A stretch of DNA of 64,000 nt, taken from the NCBI GenBank assembly GCA_028534125.1, contig CM052818.1, positions 31,126,001 through 31,190,000 of the forward strand, in the 5' to 3' direction. This stretch comes from Lama glama (taxonomy: Eukaryota). The notes beneath the pieces are model-generated. The model ran no database searches, was not told the DNA's origin, and saw nothing but the letters and a program-made list of their open reading frames with translations. Both the position numbers and the translations under genes were made by a program. Positions 24,001-36,200 of the stretch are shown in pieces. Each line of letters starts with the position of its first letter. The stretch's first letter is position 1.

Positions 24001-27000
24001 ATCAAGATCCTCAGACCGTCTCCACCTTCTAGGCTTTTCTAGACAATGTGGAAGCTTCATACACAAGGCAGCTGTCAAACCATCATGGATGTCACTCTGC
24101 CTTGAGTCCTCACCCAGGCTCGTCCTGGGGCAGCAGTCAGGGGTGTGGAACTAGGCTCCACTGTCTGTACCTCATGAAGAGGAGAAGTCGTCTCATGTCC
24201 CATAGTTCGCCTTCTCTCTCCCTCTCCCTCCCTCCCTCCCTCTCTATTTTTCTCTCTCTCTCTCTTTCTCCCCTCTTACCTCCCTCTTCCTTCTTCCTTC
24301 CCTCCCTCCCTCCAACGATTCATTGCTGCTGCAGAAGCTCCTTCAGCTTTTCTGGGTTTAAGGAATTTCTAACCCACTCCCCACACCCTACACTCCCCCG
24401 ACCAGTAGGCAATCAGGCGACTGTAATTGTTCATGGAGCAAATGGCACTGACAGGACCCAACTCCTTGGCAACCTCAGTGCCTCCTACAACCCCCAGTCT
24501 CAGCAAGACATGGTGCTGAGAATGACACTTACATGTGGAGACTTTATATCATATTTCCCTGAACTAAATTTGATACTTCAAGTGACTTTCTTCTAAAAAT
24601 TTTATTTCATGGATAAAAATAATACATTCCATTTATCAAGCATATACATATGCTTTTACAAGTCAAAGCATTTTATGTACAACATTTTATTTAATTACCG
24701 AAACAGGCCTATGAGATAGATAATCTTATTAACCTCATTTAGTAGATCAACACTGTCCAGTAGAACATTCTGCAATGATGGAAAAGTTCTTTCCGCCCTA
24801 TTCGACACAGTAGCCACTAGTCACATGCTGGTATTGAGCGACTGAAATGTGGCTAATGTTAACTGAAGTATTGAAGTTTTCATTTAATTAAGTTTCAATG
24901 TAAGTAGCCAATATGGCTTGTGGCTACCATATTGGAGAGCACAGAATTGTAAGTGTAGATCTTTATGGCAGAGTCACCAATGTGTCAGACTGAGAGATTG
25001 AAATTTCATCTTTGTCCCTATTGTTTAGTGAAAAACATTGCACTGCTCAACTGAAGAGTGGGCCGTGGGCCCAAAACATGCTGTCAGATGGGTGCTCAGG
25101 GCTCAGTATCCAGCCCCACTGTGGATTCTGGCCTGTGGCCATCCTGGAATGATGCGTTGCCTACCCAGGCAACAATGTTCATCTTCCAAGTAGCCAGAGC
25201 CAAGTTTCCGAAAGGACCATTTACTGGAAATGATTCACCTTGGGACTAAAATGAGTTATTCTGGAAAGGAGGGGGTTAACAAAGTGGTGCTGTGAATTAG
25301 GTTGTGAAGGCAACAGGTAACAGAAGGTGACAGAAAGAGAATATGCCAACAGCTAATTGCCATTGAGCCAAAGAACTTTGATTCCAATAAAGCAAAGCTC
25401 TCGAGCAAAAATAGAAAAGGGAGTGACGCTGCCATCTGGCCCAGCCTGAACTCTGGCCACCCTCTGAAAGGGCCCGTGTCTCAACGCCAAGACACTAAAC
25501 CTGGTGTTTCCTCATCCAAGAGCAGCACACCATCCGGCGAAGGGGCCTGAGGAGCCTTTGGAAAGAATGCAGAAATCACTGTCCAAAACATACGAAATGA
25601 TGTCACGTTAGAAGAGACACCTCCAGAGATGATTGTAGGAGAGTGCCTGGTTGGGTACCACTTCAGATATAGGGATGGGTGTGGGTGGGGAGGGGGGAGA
25701 GGGAGAGGTGCAGATCTCCTATAGGATATAACCAATAGGAACCATATAAATCTATCTTATTGATAGATTTATTATAAGGAATTGGCACACGTGATTATGG
25801 AGGCTGGAAAGTCCCACAATCTGCTATCTGCAAGCTGGAGACCCAGGAAAATGGATGGCCAAGTTTAGTCTGAGTGGGAAGGCCTTAGAACCAGGGGGCT
25901 GATGATGTAATTCGCAGTCCCAGGGAGGGAGAGCCCCAGTGTCCTAGCTGAGTAGTCAGCAGAGAAGGAGTGAATCCTCCCTTCCCCTCCCTTTTGTTCT
26001 ATTCAAGCCCTCAGTAGACTGGATGATGCTTATTGATGTTGGGGAAGACAGTCTGCTGTACTGAGTCCACTGATTCAAGTGCTCTTTTCATCTGGAAACA
26101 GTCTTCAGACACACTTAGAAATAACGTGTAGCCAAATAGCTGGGAACCCCTGAGCCAGTCGAGTTGACACATAAAATGAACATCACAGCTTCTTGCTGTG
26201 CAAATGATGTGGCAGAGACGTCAAAGGGCCAGCCCATCCCCCAGAATCAGATAACAATGAAGTCTGCTGGTGTGGTCCACGGGGAAGGCACTATGGGGTG
26301 GGGTGGAGTGCCTGATTGATAGCCTGCTTCCTATGGGACCAAGGATAGATCACTCAACCTCTCTGAACCTGCACTTTGCCCTGGCTGGGCGTCAGAATCA
26401 CCCCAGGAGCTGTGTGACTCCTGAAACTGTCCCTCCAGCTGACCTACCCAATCCAAGTCACGGGAGGCAGCATCCAGCAGTCTCCATGTCTGCGAAACCC
26501 TGGGTGATCTGAGTCACCCAGGGTGGGGACTCTGCCCACTGCCAGTCTTATCACAATCACTCACTGCCTTGGTGTGCCCAGCCCACCGAGTGACAGGGGA
26601 CCTGCCCAGAGCCAGGGTATTTGATCTTCCCAAACATCATGACCTATTTTCTCTGTGCGCCTGGTCTTGGAAAGTCAGCCTGGCAGACTGAGATGCTTCT
26701 GGGTATAAATTCTGTCTCGTCCTCCCTTTGGTCTTTCTGGCTCATCAGGACCCCTCTAAAGCCCAGGGTGAGGAAGGAATAGGCAGCTCAGGACAGGACA
26801 CAAAAATGCTAGTTCTGTGCCCAACTTTGACGCACACAATTCCAGTGTTTGCCCATGAACTGGATGTTGATGGTTGACTTTTGATGTGAAATAATTGCCA
26901 TTTAATTTTCATAGCATTGAAGTATCCTTCTGTTCCCAATTAGCAAAAATTTGGGGTTTTTTTAATTTTCAATTTTATTATTTCGGGTAAATCAGAGAAA

Positions 27001-27210
27001 GTTGTTTTGCATTTATCAAACGTCTTCGTGACATTTATTGGAAAGATGTCAGTTTTCTCCTTTTGCCCATGTAAATGCCGTTTTATATAATTAGGTATCC
27101 TGATAGGAAGCCATCATGGCATCCTGCATTTCTATGGCAAACCTTTCTTGATGGTTGGTTGTATAAATTGATTATTGATTCATTTGCTGGGTATTTATTT
27201 CAGTATGATA

Positions 27211-27243
<33 letters not shown>

Positions 27244-30200
27244 GTTTTCTCTCTCTCAGGCTGGGCATTCAGGCTGTGCTGACTTCTTAATGGTAGCAGG
27301 ATTTTTTTTTTCCTTTTTAAACACTGAAACTAAGTGACACAGGAATTGTTTATTCCCTGAAAGTTTGGGAGACCTCAACAAGAAAATCATGTGTACTTAG
27401 ACGCCTTGACAGGGATATTAGGGAGGTATCCTTTGATCATTTAAAAATACTATTCCAAGATTATTGATTTTCAAGTTATTTAGCAACTTGGATCATTTTG
27501 GGCATGTTCATTTTTGTCAGAAAATCATCAGTATGTTTAAATTGATTAGCATCATATTTTACATCATCTTTTTATATTGCTAAAACCTCCTTTCTATTTC
27601 TAATTTTATTTGGATTTCTCTACCATATTAGCCAAAGACTGGGCCTAAGTAAACCTTCTCCCCAAGTATAACATATTTGCTTTCCTGGTCTTGCTGTTTT
27701 TCTCTTTTGTAATTCACCAGTTGTTCTCTTTATCACTTCCTTCCGCTACTATCTATAAGTGGACTGCTTAATTCATGTTTTTATTCTCTCTCGTTTAATA
27801 ATGAATGCATTTGAGGCACTAGATTTATCTATGAGAATGGTCTTTTTAATTTCACAAATATTACCAAAGAAGGGAATCAATATTTATTGAACAGGTACCG
27901 TGAAGGACACCATGCTAAGTATTTCACATCCTTCCTCATTTGTAATATGCAGAGACTCGTGCTTTGCAAGTCTGTCTGGGGAAAATGGTCAATGAAGCAT
28001 CTAGTCCTCAGCGAGGTTTGGTTAACAGTGGTTAATAAGGTTTTGGAAATGGCCCTGGTGGCTTTCTCATTTGAATCTCCCATTTTACACATGAAGAAAC
28101 TGAGGCTCAGCAAAATAAAGGAAGTTACTCAAGGTCACCTAGGGTGAAACGCAGAGCAGGAGTCCACACTAGGCCCATCGGAGCTGACTCTCAGCCCACC
28201 TGCCCCTCTTCTGCCCATCATCAGGGGTCAACTGAGAGCAGAAGGTGAAGCTGCGGCCTTGACTGGGTCAAGAGAGCTGAGCCACATTGTCTTCGATCCC
28301 TTTCCCAAACACGATGGCCTTTACCCTCATTGCTAATTTCTGTGCTTGGAGGATCTTCAGCTGGCCTTGAGTTCCCTTTTCCAGTAGAAGGGGAGGGGAC
28401 AGCTAGAGCCACTGCAGTGCCCCGCGTTGTGTTGACACTGGGAGAGTCACTCTATCCACGGCCCTGCGGGGAGTACTATCCTTCCTGTTTGTGATGGGAA
28501 AGACTCAAGTTCTGCATAGCCAAGGGCACAGCAGAGGGTCAGCCAGACCTGAGAGCCAACCCGAGGGCCTGGACCTGAGCACCCCGCTCCTGGCCATCAG
28601 AGAGAGCCGGTTACTTACAGAGAAGGTGGTGGAAGGAGGTCTGGTGGGGTGGGCGGACTGACATGTTTGCAGACATGCACACCTTTGTTTGCCCCTTGGC
28701 GGCTCCACCAGGAAACCGGCAGTTGACGAAAGAGGAGAGGGCTGGCAGATCTCACGAGGCACAGAACTCCATGTGTTCGTGGCTGTTGAGCAGAAGAATC
28801 CATTTCTACTTTGCAGCCCTGTTTTCGGAGCATGTATTTGTCAATGTGAAAAGAAACGACACAGGAACAATGACCAAATTATACAGATTCATACGCAAAT
28901 GGAAATCCAGGAAGGACTTCCCAGGGAAGATGCTGAAGATAATCGTATGGGCTCCGGGGAGCGGGAACACCTAGAGGCTGCCTGAGCTCAGGTCTTCTAG
29001 AATCAGTCTGTGCACTAGCTGGGGATGGGCCAAGACCAGAGGCATGCACATTCTGCCTCCTGTACAGCACTTGGCTGGACTTGAACCTGGAGCCCAGAAT
29101 GTCTATGCTGACTTCTGGGAGGTGACATTTCACAAGAGAAGTGTTACTATGCTTATGAAAGTTTCCTCTAATAAATGTATTCTATTCTTTTTTGATTGTT
29201 TATAAATTCTTAATAAAGCACTGCTGCTGAGACCAGGATGGCTGATCATTTGATGTAAGGATCCCGATCCCTTATCTCTTCGTGCTGTGTGATTATGCAT
29301 TTATTGCTTATCTGGTCAGTTACATATACACCCCTTTGACATCTGCCTTACTGTTAGCAATAAAACCTGAAGGATGAGGGGGAGCTTTCCTAACTTGAAT
29401 TTTAAATACCTCTTTAAGATGTAACCTCTACCCCTCAAAGACAAGGTGAGTGATGGGTTGGGTACCACACGGGAAGACAGAGGAATGAAAGATGCTCATG
29501 GCTTTTCCTCCTTTTTTCTAAGGATTTATTGAAGGGTAAATCAGAGCCTCATTTCATCCTGGAAGGTGCCAGCAGATTCGACATCCGACAAGGAGAGGCA
29601 GGTAAGAACTCAGCCTCTTCCTTCCTGGCCTTAGATTGAGGCAAGCTGCCCAAAGTCAGCCTCCAGGTAAGGAGGAGAGAAGAGGGGTGTCCATCTAGAC
29701 CCACAGCGTGCTGCCCAGCTTCTAAGGAGGTGAGGCTGGTACTCTCCATGTGGCTGTGGACGGACTCCTCATACCCAGTCCTTCAGCCTGCAAGTCGGCT
29801 CAGCAGTGGATATACAGAGCTCTTTGGGGGAAGGAATTATCAAACAAAAAGAAAAGAAAATAGGCACTGGGTTTAATATAAGCGCTGAGTAGAGAGAAAC
29901 ATCAGTTGCTGGAAAATGGGAAGAAACGAGAGACCCAGGGAAGCAAATGTTTACTGAACTTCTGCAAGGCTGTACGAGATACTTTGCATGTGCTATTTCA
30001 TTAACACTTTGCAACACCTCCATTTGATATATGTGGAAACGAGGCCTCTGAGAGATAAAATCATGTCTTTAATGTCTCATAAGCAATATACAACAGAGTT
30101 GGGTTTGAATCCAGGTCTGTTTGACTCCTTCCCACCCACCAGACAGCCACAGGGCAAAGTTGCTGCTGAGGAGTATGGATGGGAGAGGAGGGCCTGCCTT

Positions 30201-33200
30201 GAAGGGAGGCCCCGGGGCAGTTTCAGGTATGGCTAGGCCACCCCTCTGAGCAAGAAATCTAGGAATGAAGGGGCGGGACTGCCTGGGAGGGGAATATGGA
30301 CATGGAACTGGGAGACACAGCAAAATAAGACAGCACCCTTCTGAGAACAGACTCTATGTCCTTAAAATGTCAGTTTCCCTTGATTATAAACATTGCTCCA
30401 ACCCAGTGCACAGTCTACCTTACCTGCGTAGGCAAGACAGTATCTTGGTTAATTACTGGACTGTATTACCTGGGTTACTATGCTTGTAATTAAGCGACTT
30501 TACATGTGACATGGCATATAGATTCTGCAGTTCTTGATCTCCATGGAAGACGAAAATTTCTTGGGCATGATGAGGTTTTTGTCTTCACATGCGGTCACTT
30601 TAAAAGCTATGTATTTGTGGTGTATAGCATAATTCTTCAGTCATACATCAATAAAAATATACATATACAAAAAATAAAAAAAGGCTATGTATTGAAGGGG
30701 GAGGGTATAGCTCAGTGGTAGAGCACATACTTAGCATGCATGAGGTCCTGGGTTCAATCCCTAGTACCTGCATTAAAATACATACATACATACATACCCC
30801 CCAAAAAAATTTTAAGTAGGAAAGAAAGTATGTATAGAATAAAAAAAAGCTATGTATTGAAATTAGTTATAGACAGGAATATATTTATTGAATAAAAATG
30901 AGTACTCTCCAATATGGAGTCCCAAAAATATAAGTGAGAAAAATTAGAATGCACATCAAATAAACAAGCCTTGTGACTGTCAAAATGTCAGTTTCCAATT
31001 TATGCCCTTGCACCTGGACATCACCTGGTGAATGACGGCATCTTGGGCCACCTGGTTTGCTTTCTGGGTTGGGGAATGCCCTCACCAGCTTAACCTCCTC
31101 TTAGGATCTCACCTAACTGGAAAGGGACCTCTCTGAGGACGTCTTTGTGGCTTCCGCATCCAGCACGGGCGGGGACTGGTATGATATGGCACTCAAGACA
31201 AGTTGTGAAGGCGGAGGAGGGCAGACTCAAGAGAAGGGGATGAGCATGCTTGAAAGGGCTCACAGAGACCTTTAAGGAGAAACTCAAGGCCATGTTTTTC
31301 TCAAGGAGGAAGAGAGGGAGAACCTTTGTGTGGGCTTAGAGTGGCCCTGACATGGGTAGGAACGGCACAAATATTAGCAAAGAAATACATAAATCTGTTT
31401 TCCCCAGTTGTAGGGGGCACCATTGCCACTGATGCTGACAACAAAATTCGCTGTAAATTTTAGCTCTGGGCACCTCTGGCAAATGAAAGTAAGGCAAGTT
31501 GGCCCATCAACTCTGCTGAAGCCTGGCTGGGGCTCTCTTGACCTCCCTACCATCACCATGGCACCACCACCACCAGCACTAATGCCCATCACCAATTCCC
31601 CCATCACCCCCACCACCCCATCACTGCGCCACCCATCACCACCCCCACTCCCATCACCTCCATCATCCCCATCACCACCCCCACCACCCCATCACTGCGC
31701 CACCCATCACCACCCCCACTCCCATCACCCCCATCACCCCCATCATCACCCCCACCACCCCATCACTATGCCACCCCATTGCCACCCCTACTCCCATTAC
31801 CCCCACCACCCCCTTAACCACCACCATCACCTCTGTCTTAATTGGAACTATCTTGTTCCTTCTCTATTTTGCTTGAAACTGACTAATGAATCCTTTCCCC
31901 AATTCTCTCTCAGACAAAAAAAAAAAATACATTATTCTGAAGGAAGTGTGCTGACTCTGTGAAAGGCATGGAGTGGAACTTCCAGGTGTGTCCAGTCAGC
32001 TTCTATCCCTTTGCAGGAGATTGCTGGTTCCTGGCAGCACTGGGCTCCTTGACACAGAACCCACAGCATCTGCAGAGGATCCTAGCAGACCAAAGCTTTT
32101 CATACCAATATGCGGGGATTTTCCGTTTCCGGGTGAGTGTGCTGCTGGGATGCTCCCTAAATGGGATTGTCTGGAGCACAGGGAGGTGACTGTCTTGAAT
32201 GTTCTCTTGGTGCAGCAGCCCAAGGTGTGGAAGAGACACTCATGTGTTAGTTACTCTGGTTAGCTCACAAAAAGAATTTGAGCTTATGATATGACAGCAC
32301 ATAGAGAAGATGAGAGTTAAAATGTTTTCATGTAAATAAAAAGAAATGGTAGAAACAATCAGCAAAAGAAAAAGAGTCATTGATCAAGAGCCCTGGACGT
32401 CATTGAGATTTTGTCTGTCTATTCCTGGGCCATGTCTTGTTATTTTGATTACAGTAGCCTTAGAGTGAATTGTAACATATGGTAAGATAAGTTATCCTTC
32501 ATTATTCATAATTCTTTCCTCAAAAATATTTTAGTTTGGTAATTCTTGCACATTTATTCTTCTGTGAGAATTTATAAATCATTGTTTCTAATTAAAAGGA
32601 AAGCCACTGAGATGCAGAGTGGAGCAGCATTAAATTTATTAATTTGGAAAAATTAATTTTTATTATTATAATTATTCCTTTTCAAAAACATCCTCTATCT
32701 TTCCATTTATTCAGAACTAGTTTTATGCCCTTCAATAAAATGTTATAGTTATGTTTTGATATTGGTGCTATCCTCTTCTTGATAAATGTATTCTCAAATA
32801 TTTTACAATTTTGTAGCTAATGTGAATGATTTTTCTAACTAGATGTTGCTGAAAAAATGAAAGCTATTCCTTATTTTGTATTAAAGTGTCTCTAGCCACC
32901 TTACCAAATTCCTTTATTAGTTCTAATATTTTTTTCTTTAGTAGAGTCTGGATTTTTTTGGTCATCTGATATTATCTACAAATAAAGATAGTTTTGTCTA
33001 TTCTTTTGATATTTATAGAACTTATTTTGCTCTTTTGCCTTGTTGCATTAATTAGAATGTTGCAATTTTGAATAGGAATGACAAGAGCAAAATGCTGCCT
33101 CCTCTTGATTTTAGTGACATACTTTCCTAGTCTGCCATCCTTTTAATCAATTTACTGAAGTTGGATTCAATTTGCTAAACATTTTATTAGAATTTTTGCC

Positions 33201-36200
33201 TCTATATCATTTGCAGAATTAGTTTCCAGTTGTTTGTTGTTTTTATTATTGAGTTATGCTAGCTTTTTAATATGAACCCATTGATATTTACATACTTTCA
33301 CCTGAAATAATTTGTACAGTGGTTGTTAATCATTGATTATCTGGTCTTTGAAAGTAAAATAGGCAATAGTTAAGGTTTCTGGACCTACTTCCTTTTTAAG
33401 TGTGATTTCTTTAACTCTTCCAGCATGTTCAATAGCTATTGATCTGCTTGGTTCTCATTTTTTCTGGAGTTAGTTCTTGAAATTTATACTTTGCCAGGAG
33501 AACCAACTGTTTCTTCTGTAGTTCCAAATTTATTGACCCAAAGTTTCTTATGTCATTCTCTGAAATTTTATTCAATTCCTTCTAATCTGCAGTTAAATCT
33601 ACTTTATCAATCAACCCCTACATTATATTTTTATTTTTCCTCTTTTCCTTAATCCAGCTTTTCTGAATCCAGCAAATATGTTGTATTGGATTTTGAATGA
33701 CTCAACGTTTCAATTTTCATTGTTCTTTATATTATTTTTCTTTTGGGATTTTGTTTTCTATGTAATTAATTTTGATTTTTTTTTATTAATACCTATTTAC
33801 TTTCTCTTGGCTGGTTTTTTTTTTCTGAAACTATACACTTAATATTCTGGGGTTTTTTGTTCGTAATAAAAGCTTTTGAGGCTATAAATTCTCCTCTCAG
33901 ATCTTATCCATAGGTTTTAATATCAAATGTCTTTTATTAATTTTTAAGATAATATGTTTTTAGTTTTGATTAAGTTTTTATTGAAGTATAGTCTGTTCAC
34001 AATATTGTGTCAATTTCTGGTATACTAGATTACGTTTTATAGGGGATCATCTCTTGCTTGTAAAGTTTTAGACTTATTAGATTATGACCAGAAAATATAA
34101 TTCATAAAAATCTCTACATCTAGAACGTTATTAAACTTTTATTTATGGACAAGTCCAGAACAGTTTTTTTATAAATGTACCATGGATATACAACAAGAAT
34201 ATGTATTATCCAGTGGTTCTGAGTTTGATATATGTAATCAAGCTTTCTGATTTGCAGATTGTATTATCTGCAATTATCTCTTTTACCTTGGCTTATTTTT
34301 TTGTCTGTTTAATTTGTCATATTCCAAAAGAGGTGAATTAAAGTCCTTCCCCAACGTTATAGTTTAGAGGGTTCCTCTTAGGTTTTCAGGTGTTGTGGCT
34401 TCATACTTTTCCTGCTATATTCTTTGGTGCTCAAAGATTTATGTTCTTGCTTTCTGGCTGTTGGCATAAAGCTTACACAATACCCCTCTTTGTTACATTT
34501 AATACTCCCAGCCTTGAATTCCTGTTTATGATATTCACATTACTACTCCAGCTTCCTGTTACTTACATTTCCTATTATATCTTTGCTCATCCCTTCACTA
34601 TCAATTTCATTTTCATTATGTTGCAAGTATGTTTCTCATGAAGCACTTTCAAATCTCATTGCTCACTATTGTTTCTTTCACTCGTCATTTTCCCTTACTA
34701 AGATTTTTGTTCTAATTTCATCCTCATTAGGTAGGAGTAGCTCCTTGAATAGTTTTCTCAGATTACATGAGTGTTTTTTCATTTGCTCTTTCATAAGAAC
34801 AATATTTTAGTTGGGTTTAGGATTCTTGGATCATAATCCCTTTCCTTAAGAATCTGTAAACATTTTTTTCCATTGTCTTGTACCTTCCAGTGTTGCAGAA
34901 GAACAATCCAATGCTAACCTATCCTCTTGACCTTGTATGCAGCATATTCTTTTAAATTACAAGTTTATAAGAGGCCCTGTCTCTCCTTGGCTCATAAACT
35001 TCTCTAGAATATGTCCAGATATATGCCTTTTTATAATTAATCTTGCCTGGAATTCACTGAGCTCTTTCATTCTGAAGACGTGCCTCCTTTTTCTGTTCAG
35101 CTGTTTCCCTTTATTTTTCTCAGGGTGTCCTCTTTTATCCTGTTCTCTCTTCTGAAGTCTGATTATTTGCGAGCTAGGTCTTCTAACGAGCTCCCAGATG
35201 ATGCTGATGTTGCTGGTCCAAGGATCACACTGAGGAGTTAGCTAGAGGATGCAGGATTTAGCTGTGTCTGGGCTCACCTGAGGGCTGCAAGTGTTGGTGG
35301 AGTGACAGGTGTTAAGGACAAACTGAGGTCTAGGCAGGACACACTTTGCCCTTCTGGGTGGTGAAGAAAGTCCCACAGTTCCCCAGAAACAGCTACAGTG
35401 CTGACCTCTGTACATCTCTTCTCATCCTTCTGAGCTTGGGCACTGCTCTCTGGAAAGGACCCAGTGCCAGGGCAACTTGGATGCTTTGCCCCAAACACTT
35501 CTGATTTCCTTCAGATGCTTGGGTATTGGCCTAATAGCTCCAACCTGCTTCTTAAAGGGTGTAATAGATGTGATCCACGTGTCAGCCCTCCTCACCCAGA
35601 GAAGTGAACCCGGAACCACAGGTCAGTGGTTCACCACCAGTCAGGCCATTTGCATCCTCTCTGGGAACAATGATCTTATCTGAGGTTCCCTTTGTGTAGG
35701 GAGAGCAAATCTGGTGAGCATTACTGGTGTGGGAACATGCGAGAGCCAGTGGAACCAACCAGAGGAGCTCATTCAAGCCAGGGCTCACTTCTTCTCGATG
35801 GCCTACTGTGTGCCAGGCACCATCCTAGGTGCTGAACAAAAAGACTATTGAAAAACAGTTCCTACTTTCAAAACTGTGGTCTCACTTTCACACTCTGATC
35901 TGATCCCAGTCACAGGATGAGGTAGTTCTTACTCTTACCACCATTTAACAGATGAGAAAACTGAGTCACAGAGAATAAATGTCTTACTGAATATCTCTTG
36001 CTGGGGTCACTAAAGGCAAAACCAGGACATGAGCACATGAGCACAGCTCCACTGACCGGGCAGTGTATACATCTTGCTATCCACTTGAACCCGAAATCCA
36101 AATTAGTCTGTCCTGCCAGTACCCCTTTCTAGGAGCTCGGATAAGCTTCTTTGGTGCTTCCGACATGTTTCACTGTAATAGCATCCCTGTTGGCTCCTGT

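Noticed and set aside
30697..30772. Apparent tRNA-Ala(AGC) gene
   Set aside because: The acceptor stem and arms are degenerate, and it has an A-rich tail and TSD. It is a SINE, not a tRNA.
31423..31962. 179-aa Pro/His-rich ORF
   Set aside because: It is a translation of the C-rich minisatellite, with no ATG start or splice support.
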